DNA of 63,092 nt, filler included, from Octopus bimaculoides (Eukaryota): NCBI RefSeq assembly GCF_001194135.2. It is 7 parts of 7 records of this genome, joined end to end, with 100 filler letters (N's around TTAATTAATTAA, not from the genome) between each part and the next. Parts side by side here need not be neighbours in the genome. Positions count along the whole stretch, not along the records: positions 49,721 to 61,726 come from NC_068994.1; positions 61,827 to 63,092 come from NW_026401953.1; 5 more parts are not named here. One strand, given 5' to 3'. Below the pieces are notes generated by a model, which made no database searches, was not told the origin of the DNA, and was given only the letters and a program-made list of their open reading frames with translations. Shown here piece by piece: positions 52,416 through 63,092 of the stretch. Position numbers and translations under genes: made by a program. Position 1 is the first letter of the stretch. The number at the start of each line of letters is the position of its first letter.

Positions 52416-52549
52416 ACATAAAAGGTAGTTAAAGAAAGACGTACTTAAAGAAATAAAGGAAAGGTACGTTCCAGCTTTGTCTGACTTTCCTCATAATTTT
52501 CATCAACGAAATTTCAATCAAAGGACGTCAATTCTGCCGAGGTTATATT

Positions 52550-53248
52550 TATTAACATAGAGGCGACAAACAAGGACAGACAAAGGTAAAAATATATTCT
52601 TTTCTACTCTAGGCACAACGCTCGAAATTTGGGGGGAGAGAGATCAGTTGATTAGATCGATCTCAGTACGCAACTGGTACTTAATTTATCGACCCCCGAG
52701 AGGATGAAAGGTAAAGTCGACCTTGGCGGAATTTGAACTCAGAACGTAAAGACACATGAATATAAACTTTTCTCCTCTAGGCACAAGCCCAAAATTTTGG
52801 GGGCGGGAGCCAGTCGACTACATGGAACCAGTACGCAACTGGTACTTAATTTATCGACTCCGAAAGAATGAAAGGCAATGTCGACCTCGCCTCGGCGGAA
52901 TTTGAACTCAGAACGTAAAGACACACGAAATACCGCTAAGCATATTTTGCCCGGCATGCTAACGTTTCTTATTTCTTTATTGCCCACAAGGGGCTAAACA
53001 TAGAGGAGACAAACAAGGACAGACAAAGGGATTAAGTCGATTGCATCGACACCAGTGCGTAACTGGTACTAAATTTATCGACCCCGAAAGGATGAAAGGT
53101 AAAGTTGACCTCGGCGGAATTTGAACTCAGAACGGCAGACGAAATACCGCTAAGCATTTCGCCCGGCGTGCTTACGTTTCTTATTTCGTTATTGCCCACA
53201 TAGGGGCTAAACATAGAGGGGACAAACAAAACACACGAATGTAAACTC
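52550..53248 (-). mobile_element. SINE family N trimer with 13-bp TSD
   Basis: Three bodies head-to-tail; CCGAGGTTATATT at 52537-52549 and 53249-53261. Confidence 0.85.
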
Positions 53249-53968
53249 CCGAGGTTATATTAGAAGACGCTTTTCAGTTCCGCGTGTTAAGATCGAACCC
53301 GGGATTTCATAATTGCGACGCAAACGCCTTAACTATTCAGTAAAACGACAGCAGTAGTGATAACCAAAGTAGTTAATCCGTCTGCTTCGCGTCAGCCACT
53401 CTCGTCAATAGTGCAAAATATGCCTGGTTTGTCACGTTCTCTCCGACCCATCATAACATGTCAATCAAAGCTGACAGCTCACTTGTCATTACTCAACACG
53501 AAACTCTTTGTTGACAACTACCGCAAAAACGACTATAAACAAAACATAATTATTTTCAACTGATGCAGAAATTTCTATAAACAAACAAACGCTGCACATG
53601 CCACCATCACAAAAAAAATGGAGTCTAAAATCTTTCACTAATACCTACGTTGGACAATATTCCGACAACACAACTGAGATTTTTATTTATTTTCCTTTCT
53701 AAACGAGTCCCCAAGATAATAATCGGTGGGGTCGCCATATGAACACCTCTTCTTTGAACCTTTCAATGGTATTGATTCCTAAAGGGGAAGGAAGAAATGA
53801 GAAGAGAGAGAAAGAGTAAAGAAAATGGACCCAATATTTTGAGCAGTGATGTATTTCTTGAGCCCGAAGAAATGAAATCTCTTAAGTTGTCACCTTCTTT
53901 GTTCAATGCTTTTGCTGTAAGCTTTAGAGCAGAGATGAATTGCTTTAGTAATTATTATGTGACTGTTT

Positions 53969-54392
53969 TAAGGAGGTGAGCTGGCAGAATCGTTAGCACA
54001 CCGGGAAATTGCTTAGCGGCATCTCATCCGTTTTTACGTTCTGTGTTCAAATTCCACCGAGATCGACTATGTCTTTCATCCTTTCGGGGTCGATAAATTA
54101 AGTACCAGTTACGCACTGGGGTCGATATAATCGACTTAATCCGTTTGTCTGTCCTTGTTTGTCCCCTCTGTGTGTAGCTCCTTGTGGGCAGTAAAGAAAT
54201 AAGAAACGTTAGCACACCGGGAAAATGCTTTTTTTCATCCGTCTTTACGTTGTGTTCAAATTCCACCGAGGTTGACTTTGTCTTTCATCTTTTCAAGATC
54301 GATAAATTAAGTACCAATTGAGTATTAGGATCGATATAATCGACCTACCCCCTCCGTCGAAATCTCAGGTCTTGTGCCTATTGTAGAAAGGT
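53969..54392 (+). mobile_element. SINE family N dimer (tail C unit plus tail A unit)
   Basis: Junction AAAGAAATAAGAAACGTTAGCAC at ~54192-54215. Confidence 0.88.
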
Positions 54393-54419
54393 AGCATTAA
54401 TGTTGATAGCAAATTTTGA

Positions 54420-54550
54420 CTCAAAGCCAGAAATTTCGGGGAAGGGAGTAAGTTGATTGCATCGACCCCCAGTACTCAACTGGTACTTTTTTATCGACCC
54501 CGAGAGGATGAAAGACAAAGATGACCTCGGTGAAATTTGAACTCAGAAAG
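54420..54550 (-). mobile_element. SINE family N, 5'-truncated
   Basis: Reverse-complement core, about 25 bp after the dimer tail. Confidence 0.82.
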
Positions 54551-54978
54551 TAAATCAATAACATTAGTATTGTTATTACTTTTGTATCAAAATAGACGTT
54601 CGTAAATGAGAACGGAGAGGACAAAACGGACACCATTTATTTATTTTTTTTTTTTACACTCAGCATCACAAATGCATCCACAAAGTGTTATAATTTCCAA
54701 GACACTTAACTCGTGAAGTTTAAAACTAAGTTCCCTTATTTCAAAGAGCCAGTGAGTAGATCAATATTTAAATTTGTATTAAGGCGATAAACTGGCAGAA
54801 ACTTTAGCACGCCGGGCGAAATGCTTAGCAGTATTTCGTCTGTCTTTACGTTCTGAGTTCAAATTCCACCGTGTTCGACTTTAAATTCAGAAATGCTGCT
54901 TCTGTTATGTGATGCACGATGTCGCTTGATCGAGCATACATGGTTTTTGTCAGCATTTTCAGATTTACAATCTAGAAT

Positions 54979-55038
54979 ATCATGCTGATGAAGGAAATTA
55001 ATTTTTATGCTATTCTGATCCTGAAACGCGTCCATGAT
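54979..55038 (+). ncRNA. Minimal type-I hammerhead ribozyme with intact catalytic core
   Basis: ATCATG-CTGATGA-AGGA(23 nt)TCCT-GAAA-CGCG-TC-CATGAT: perfect 6-bp stem I, 4-bp stem II, palindromic stem III ACGCGT, GUC site. Confidence 0.8.
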
Positions 55039-56034
55039 TGACTAAAGCTGGTTAGTTTCGTTATTTTTTTCTTCTTGTTTTGCCTATGTGAGTTACAAGT
55101 ATTACTATCTGTTGGAGACATATTGTAGTAGTAGAATTAGCACTTTAACTGCTATTTCTAAATTTCGGTATGTGGTGAAGCAACTGTTGCTGATCCCTTA
55201 ATTATGTTTATAATTTTAAAAGAACTTTTTGTATAAGTTCTTTACCGATAATGTGTTTTTTTTCCATACCGAACTACTTGGTAAAATTATTAATTATTAA
55301 TTTATTAATAAATTAATAATTTTTTACCCTNNNNNNNNNNNNNNNNNNNNNNNNNNNNNNNNNNNNNNNNNNNNNNNNNNNNNNNNNNNNNNNNNNNNNN
55401 NNNNNNNNNNNNNNNNNNNNNNNNNNNNNNNNNNNNNNNNNNNNNNNNNNNNNNNNNNNNNNNNNNNNNNNNNNNNNNNNNNNNNNNNNNNNNNNNNNNN
55501 NNNNNNNNNNNNNNNNNNNNNNNNNNNNNNNNNNNNNNNNNNNNNNNNNNNNNNNNNNNNNNNNNNNNNNNNNNNNNNNNNNNNNNNNNNNNNNNNNNNN
55601 NNNNNNNNNNNNNNNNNNNNNNNNNNNNNNNNNNNNNNNNNNNNNNNNNNNNNNNNNNNNNNNNNNNNNNNNNNNNNNNNNNNNNNNNNNNNNNNNNNNN
55701 NNNNNNNNNNNNNNNNNNNNNNNNNNNNNNNNNNNNNNNNNNNNNNNNNNNNNNNNNNNNNNNNNNNNNNNNNNNNNNNNNNNNNNNNNNNNNNNNNNNN
55801 NNNNNNNNNNNNNNNNNNNNNNNNNNNNNNNNNNNNNNNNNNNNNNNNNNNNNNNNNNNNNNNNNNNNNNNNNNNNNNNNNNNNNNNNNNNNNNNNNNNN
55901 NNNNNNNNNNNNNNNNNNNNNNNNNNNNNNNNNNNNNNNNNNNNNNNNNNNNNNNNNNNNNNNNNNNNNNNNNNNNNNNNNNNNNNNNNNNNNNNNNNNN
56001 NNNNNNNNNNNNNNNNNNNNNNNNNNNNNNNNNN

Positions 56035-56074
<40 letters not shown>

Positions 56075-56467
56075 ATGTATGTATGTATCTATGTATGTAT
56101 GCATGCAAGTATGAAGGTAGGTAGGTAGTTCGATGTGTATGAATTTATGTATTATGTATGTATATGTGTGTAGGTATACATACATGCATCCATCCACACA
56201 TAAATACTTACATACATTCGCATTACATATGAATACATACAAAAGTGTATACATTGAGATGTATAAGATAATGCATGTTATACGCATATCTGCATGCACA
56301 TGTATTTTAAGAGAGAGATTAAAATTTCAAATACCGGATGATTCAGATTAAAACAGGAGATTCGCCATCATCGCACGTATTCATAAATTCTCGACATTCA
56401 TTCAGTGATATAATATACACTCACTCTTGTGAGTGTACAGCATATTTCGAATGTATATGAATGAGTG

Positions 56468-56517
<50 letters not shown>

Positions 56518-57074
56518 CATACACACCCACCCTTACACAGACACACATATATATATATGTATGTATGTCTATATATGTATATATTTATAGGTATGCATGT
56601 ATGCATGTATATGTGTGTGTGTGTATGCTGATCCCTATNNNNNNNNNNNNNNNNNNNNNNNNNNNNNNNNNNNNNNNNNNNNNNNNNNNNNNNNNNNNNN
56701 NNNNNNNNNNNNNNNNNNNNNNNNNNNNNNNNNNNNNNNNNNNNNNNNNNNNNNNNNNNNNNNNNNNNNNNNNNNNNNNNNNNNNNNNNNNNNNNNNNNN
56801 NNNNNNNNNNNNNNNNNNNNNNNNNNNNNNNNNNNNNNNNNNNNNNNNTATATATATATATACATGTGTGTGTGTGTGTGTGTGTTTGTGTGGAGAGAAA
56901 GCCCTGTCTGTATATCAAGATGAGGAAGAAGCAGGTGCTTGTTATATTTATATACACAGCTTCCTTCCAAGCCCTGCTGTAAACAGCGGAAGTGTGCTAC
57001 AATGCGTTTCCCACTTCAAATCGTCATAGTTGTTTATGTTTCCTTCTTTCGCATTGATCCTGTTATCACCTGGG

Positions 57075-57166
57075 CAGATCTAATCGACTGGCCCCCTCCC
57101 TCAAAATTTCAGGCCTTGTGCCTATGGTAGAAAAGATTATTATTATCATTATTATTGTTATTATTC
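57075..57166 (+). mobile_element. SINE family N tail A plus (ATT)n tail
   Basis: GATCTAATCGACTGGCCCCCTCCC..GTGCCTATGGTAGAAAAGATTATTATT. Confidence 0.85.
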
Positions 57167-58040
57167 CGTTAGTTATCTGTCAAGTCACAACAAGGACCTC
57201 AGACAGACAATACTTTCCCTAAGATATGCGCTGTGCCCAATAAGGCTGCTTTTTGCAAGACATCAGTCTTGCTTGGGATTTCCAGTTGCCTTAAGAAGTC
57301 TTGAAGTTTCAATGGGATTGAGCCCAACGCTCCGATCACCTCTGGTATCACTTTTACATTACCCTCTCGCATTCCATACAGGCTTGCCATTTCCACTTTC
57401 AATTCGGAGTACTTGGTGATTTTTTTTCCACCTTTTTAATCACAACATTCATGTCATTTGGTATGGCTACATCAATGATCTGGCAGTATTTGTCTCTCTT
57501 ACTCAATATGACAATATCCAGCCGACGGTGTTCGATTACACGATCCGTCTGAAAATCGTAGTCCCAGAGAGTATCGTTACTTTTCCTTCTTCCTGCATAA
57601 CTTTACTTGGTAGATGCTTGTATCAGTTCTCTGTTACCTCATACTGGTATTTACGGTATAAGAGCCAACGAAGATACACACACACTTTATCGTGGCGGCG
57701 CTTGAATTCTTTTTGTGCAAGGCTCTCACATCCGCTTACCAAGTGGGTCACTTTTTCCACACTCTTTCCGCAGAGTTTGCATTACTGGGTGTCAGAAGTT
57801 TTATAGATGTTATACTTCACCGAATTGGTAGCGAGAGCCTGATCGTGTACAGCAATGATCAGGCTTTCGGTGGTACGCTTCAAATCACCTCGCACAAGTC
57901 ATGCCCACGATGCTGTATTATCCTTAACGTCCTGTGTATTCCTTTCAAACTGTCCATGCATTCTCATTTCAAGGTCTTCTTTTCTCTTCTCCTCAGCTCT
58001 TTGGTCAAACTCTTCCTGCATTTACACCCATATCTTTCGC
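57167..58040 (-). pseudogene. R4/Dong-like LINE, family C (zinc knuckle plus RLE endonuclease)
   Basis: MHGQF..TESLIIAVHDQAL..CKLC..HLVSGC..RHDKV..DIVI..IIDVAIP..KY..VIPEVIGALG..LQKAALLGTAHILGKVLSV*; short 3'UTR then (AAT)n. Confidence 0.9.
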
Positions 58041-58186
58041 GGCGATCGGATTCATTTTTAGCATTTTCGTTTGTGAGAGCGGTCGAGTTTATTTCAGACA
58101 TTCTCATTTTTAAAATTATATCTGGCTAATCGCTGAGAGAACGTTGGTATTGCCTTAGTGGAGGTTTGCGCTGAGTGCTCTTGTTA
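58040..58186 (-). mobile_element. Unclassified repeat fragment beginning AACAAGAGCACTCAG (possibly Helentron/DINE-1-like)
   Basis: No Dong-like coding similarity; terminus resembles a recalled DINE-1-type AACAAGAG; unverified. Confidence 0.3.
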
Positions 58187-58200
58187 TAATAATAATAATA

Positions 58201-58232
<32 letters not shown>

Positions 58233-58243
58233 CATTATTATTA

Positions 58244-58280
<37 letters not shown>

Positions 58281-58983
58281 ATATTTTAAGTTGATCGCAC
58301 ATTCCGTTACACCAACGTTTGATGCCGGAATTTCCAAACATCGTAAACTTTTGGATTATTGTAATAGATTGATGGAATGTCACGTTAACGGAATGTAAGC
58401 AACTGTAGCTATTCGTAATCATGTTTATTCTAAATTTTGTATTGATTACTGTTTCTATTACTTGAACTATTGCGGGAACTGGTAGAATCGTTTACACACC
58501 GAACAAAATGTTTTGTTAAATGTCGTCCGTCTTTATGTTCTAAGTTCAAATTCCGACCTTTTTGAAGTCGATAAAAGCACCCTGTACTTACATGTGTTTA
58601 TGTACACACAAAATATATATACACATATATATATGTATATATATATATATATATGAAATTCAAATTACGACAAACGTAAATAAACAAACGAAGTCTGCTT
58701 TTAGAAGCGTTGAGATGTCTTTTAGAAAGTTAAAAAAGTGATTTTAAATTCTCAATCGCAGAATAATGCTAATAATATAGCCTGAACAGGATAAACTACC
58801 CCTATTTTGCAGAGAAAAGTGTAGGTGACTAAGTATGTATGTATGTATATTTATATATACACACGCACGCACACATACACACACTTACACACACTTACAC
58901 ACGCATACACTTATATATATATACGTACATATACATAAATATACAAAATCACGCATGTATATATATATATATATATATACATG

Positions 58984-59029
<46 letters not shown>

Positions 59030-59318
59030 CATACATATATAGATGCATGCGTACATACATACATACATACATACATACATACACACATGCACACATGCAC
59101 ATAAATATGATTGTGTGTTTATGGCACGGACATCCATGTGCATTTAAAGATATTTATTAAAACTGTGAATTAAAGGAACCAATGAGAGATCTATTTGACT
59201 TTGTGACTCACTGCAGATCAAACAAACGTTATTTACTGACGCACCTTGCATGGAAAATTGAAAGCTTTGAAGCAAAACACTTGAAGGTATATAGAAAGAC
59301 ATCCTTTACTTTGCGGAT

Positions 59319-59363
<45 letters not shown>

Positions 59364-59373
59364 NNNNNNNNNN

Positions 59374-59416
<43 letters not shown>

Positions 59417-59749
59417 TTGTTTTTAGTCATACGTGAATATAAGAAAATTACATGTACAGTCCATTCTATACTGAGTCCGTCTACATATTTTTATTTACAA
59501 GGTAACTCAAAACTACCAGACTTTAGAGAATGACACTTATCCAAGATACCACACTGTGGTGTTGAACCAAAGACCTCCTGATTGCAAATCGAATTTCTTA
59601 ACCATTTGGCTATTCTGAAGATATTATTGAGGTGTCATCTACATTTTTTAATTGTCATCTCTGATGGCGTAGTTCCTTAAATTTAGTACCTCACGGTTAT
59701 TTTATGCACTATTATTACATAATCTTTAAAAGTGCCTGGTTTTGTATTT

Positions 59750-59990
59750 AAGGTGTTGCACCCACGATCTAGTGACCGTAGTTTCAATTCTTAGATCGGG
59801 TGGTGCGCTGTGTTCTTCATCTCGCATTGCTCTGTGATCAGCTCAACACCTGACGCGTGGTACACCATGCACCTGTTCAGGTAACGTCAATTTGATGGAG
59901 GAAGTGGGCTAATGAGCAGCACAGACATCCGATCCCTGTAAACAAATCGTTTGTGCAGGTCGTTCAGTAAGAAATTGCAGAACCGTCTTT
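59750..59990 (+). mobile_element. Old tRNA-headed SINE
   Basis: B-box-like GTTTCAATTCTTAGATCGGG..GCTGTGTTCTT, similar to the family V head. Confidence 0.5.
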
Positions 59991-60334
59991 CTCGGACTAC
60001 TAGAGACTACCACCATATCTCACCATATCTTACACAAGCTTTACTTCTCCACGGTTGATTTATTTGCCGTTATAACATATGCTTTAGTTCTTCACGGTTG
60101 ACTTACGTGCCATTACTGCATATCTTTGATGCTGTTTTCAATTTAGGCTTTAACTCTTCAGAGATCAATAGAGTTACGTTTGACAATATGTAGCCACAGA
60201 TCTTAGCTATTTTCGATCGTAACAGCAACAGCTGCCAGCAGATTTCGCTATGAGTTTTATTAACGTTCATATTGTTGCTTAATTTTTTTTTTTTTCTCTT
60301 TTAGCTATTTGATATTTGTTGGAATTTTTATGCC

Positions 60335-60535
60335 AGCCACCTGGCAGAATCATAAGTATACAGGATGAAATGCTTAGCGATATTTCGTCCGGTTTTATGT
60401 TCTGCGTTCAAATATCGCCGATATCGACTTTGCTTTTCATTCTGTCGAGAATGATAAAATAAGTGCCTGTTGAGCACCGAGGTCGACTAGACATCTCACA
60501 CCTAAATTTCAAGCCTCATGTCCTCTATAGTACAA
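60335..60535 (+). mobile_element. SINE family N, old copy
   Basis: Degenerate family motifs. Confidence 0.75.
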
Positions 60536-61065
60536 AATGTTATTTGTTGAAATTATCGTTAAAATTGTTTCTGGAAATTTCTAAAACAAACCTGGCTTTT
60601 TTTTTTTTTTTTTGCCTTTAAAATAAAAACAAAAACAAAAGAGAGTGCGGACAAAATACAAAGACAAAAATTCAAGGTTAAATGCATGTTTACTAAACGT
60701 ACGAATATGATGTTATATATAAACATAAGTGTGCGCATGCGTATGTGTGTCTCTTCGAAGATAGATAGATAGATAGATAGATAGATANNNNNNNNNNNNN
60801 NNNNNNNNNNNNNNNNNNNNNNNNNNNNNNNNNNNNNNNNNNNNNNNNNNNNNNNNNNNNNNNNNNNNNNNNNNNNNNNNNNNNNNNNNNNNNNNNNNNN
60901 NNNNNNNNNNNNNNNNNNNNNNNNNNNNNNNNNNNNNNNNNNNNNNNNNNGTGAGTATTTCGTGTGTGTGTGTGTGTGTATGTATGTGTTCATATATATG
61001 TGTGTGTGAATAGATAGATAGATAGACAGACAAACAGACAGACAGACTCGAGAAGAGTATTGATA

Positions 61066-61108
61066 GAGAATTCGATGTTTCGGCCTGCTAAGACATCATC
61101 AGATTGTC
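61066..61108 (-). ncRNA. Degenerate hammerhead-like motif
   Basis: GACAAT-CTGATGA-TGTCTTAGCAGGCC-GAAA-CATCGA-ATTCTC; the U of the cleavage triplet appears deleted. Confidence 0.45.
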
Positions 61109-61166
61109 CAACGATAGCATAACAGGATGAAAAATCGACGTCATTGTCAATAATAGCATTGACATT

Positions 61167-61470
61167 CTTAACGTTCTGAGTTCAAATTCCACCGAGGTCG
61201 ACTTTGCCTTTCATCCTCTCAGGGTCGATAAATTAAGTACCAGTTGCGTACTGGAGGTTGATCTAATCAACTCACCCCCTCCTCCAAAATTTTGGGCCTT
61301 GTGCCTAGAGGAGATAATATTATATTCGTCTGTCTTTACGTTCTGAGTTCGAATTTGCATTTCATCCTCTCAGGGTCGATGAATTAGGTAACAGTTGTGT
61401 GCTGGAGTCGATCTTACTGACTGGCCCCTTCCCCAAAAATTTCGGGCCTTGTACCTAGAGTAGAAAAGAA
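61167..61470 (+). mobile_element. SINE family N dimer with 16-bp imperfect TSD
   Basis: TAATAGCATTGACATT 61151-61166 versus TAATGGTATTGACATT 61471-61486. Confidence 0.85.
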
Positions 61471-61770
61471 TAATGGTATTGACATTAATTCTAATGAATA
61501 ACTCTAATGAATAATATGTACTCCGCAATAAGTCTAGAGTAAAGTTTCATTTTATTGTAAAGTTGTTTTTCACCATAACTTGACATACACATGTATACAT
61601 GTGTATATATGTATGTGTACATAATTGTGTATGTGCGTTTACGTATGTATGTGTGTCTGTGTTTGCATGTATGTATGTGTGTATTTATACAAATATATAC
61701 TGATGTGTGTATATATATATATATATNNNNNNNNNNNNNNNNNNNNNNNNNNNNNNNNNNNNNNNNNNNN

Positions 61771-61782
61771 TTAATTAATTAA
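61771..61782. other. Artificial scaffold linker
   Basis: TTAATTAATTAA centred in a 100-bp gap. Confidence 0.95.
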
Positions 61783-61826
61783 NNNNNNNNNNNNNNNNNN
61801 NNNNNNNNNNNNNNNNNNNNNNNNNN

Positions 61827-61990
61827 TTAAGATGACAGGGTCTGCATGGACAGAAGAAACTTCTACTAGCAACAATAGATTATACAATGTCTTGACAATG
61901 TGTGTGAAATAGTTTGATCTGTCTTGTCGCTTAGAATTCTTGTTAAGAGGGAATCGGTGCATTTCGTCAGAGGTGAAATTTATATGTTAA
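61827..61990 (-). pseudogene. Possible CR1/L2 ORF2 C-terminal relic
   Basis: HRFPLNKNSKRQDRSNYFTHIVKTLYNL loosely resembles H.YKL.K..D.R..FF..RVV..WN.L. Confidence 0.35.
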
Positions 61991-62051
61991 TACATCCTCT
62001 TCATGCTGTGGCTTCAGAGGTTAATGTTTCATTCTATCAGCTAATATAGAT

Positions 62052-62365
62052 GCAGACATAGCTGTGTGCTTATGAAGCTTGTTTCACAACCACATGGTTT
62101 CATGTTTAGTCCCACTGTGCAGCACTACAGGTGAGTGTCAACCGATGCCATGCTAGTTAATTTGGTCGACAAAAACTGTGTGGAAGCCTCCATCACTGGA
62201 CAACCAGTGTTAGTTTGTTTACATTCCTGTAACTTAGAGGTTCTGCAAAAGAGACTAATAGAATAAGTACCAGGCCTTAAAAAAGTAATTTGTTCAACTA
62301 AATGCTTCAGAGCAGTGCTCCAGCATGATCACAATCCATTAAATGAAACAAGTGAAAGAAAAAGT
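62052..62365 (+). mobile_element. SINE family C, CpG-decayed copy
   Basis: Family motifs with CG>CA/TG changes. Confidence 0.8.
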
Positions 62366-62403
62366 CTTAGTTTGAATTGTGAAATGTTTATTTAGAACTT
62401 CAG

Positions 62404-62460
62404 TTAATATATTTTTATCTGAAGATGGGCCTTTGTGCCCGAAATATAAAGGTTATTTAA
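62404..62460 (+). ncRNA. Hammerhead-like core with perfect stem II but no stem III
   Basis: CTGAAGA-T-GGGC-CTTTGT-GCCC-GAAA. Confidence 0.4.
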
Positions 62461-63092
62461 ACTTTCTGCATTGTTAGAAGCTTTCTTCATTTCTCATCTC
62501 ATTCATTAGTCTACTCCTGTACTACAATGCTTCAAGCAAACTACAGCTCATGGAACACCAGTGTACTGTAACCAGTACACTGTTTTGGAGTCACTGAATT
62601 AGTAACAAAGGAGTTGTGGTAAGGGAACCACTGTGGAGACAGTTGTATTTGGAGAAGAATGATGGGGTTAATTAGTTTTTGTATTTGGTTTGCAAGATTC
62701 TTGATGTGAACTCATGTTGAAATACATTTTGCTGTATCTTGGGAGGGTCATTATGTCAATAACACATGCACTGGTTCTGTTTCACTTCATTATTTTTTAT
62801 TTGTCAATTGGTCTGTGTGCGTGTGTATGTGTGTCTGTATATATGAATGTCTATATGTGCGCGTGTGTATGTGTATGTGTGTGTGTGTGTACATATGTAT
62901 GCGTGTGTCTTTGTATGTCTGTGTCTGTGTATATATGTATGTGTATATGTGCGTGTGTATGTGTTTGTATGCGTGTGTGTGTGAATGCACGTGTACGTGT
63001 ATGTGTGCATGTGTGTGTATGTATATATGTATGTGTATGTATGCGTGTATGTGTATACATATGTGTGTGTCTATGTATGTATGCGTGTATGT

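Noticed and set aside
57528-58129. Plus-strand ORFs of 92 and 145 aa
   Set aside because: Antisense shadows of the minus-strand R4/Dong relic.

Overview
AT-rich, microsatellite-saturated eukaryotic DNA with many N gaps and six artificial 100-bp scaffold linkers. The SINE and microsatellite make-up strongly suggests an octopus genome (inference, not verified). I find no supportable host protein-coding gene; most ORF-track entries are low-complexity or gap artefacts. The window is a transposon graveyard: three to four SINE families, mariner relics plus a MITE, hAT MITEs, and RTE, CR1, HERO-like, R4/Dong-like and Penelope-like fragments. Most notable: (1) minimal type-I hammerhead ribozyme motifs, one with an intact core at 54979-55038; (2) several R4/Dong-like families and a non-coding element stacked in (AAT)n tracts; (3) head-to-tail SINE multimers flanked by target-site duplications and sharing junctions; (4) a CR1 3' end matching a SINE tail with a covarying stem-loop; (5) a locally templated inverted insertion. 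Coordinates of degenerate repeats are approximate, and family names are recalled rather than searched.
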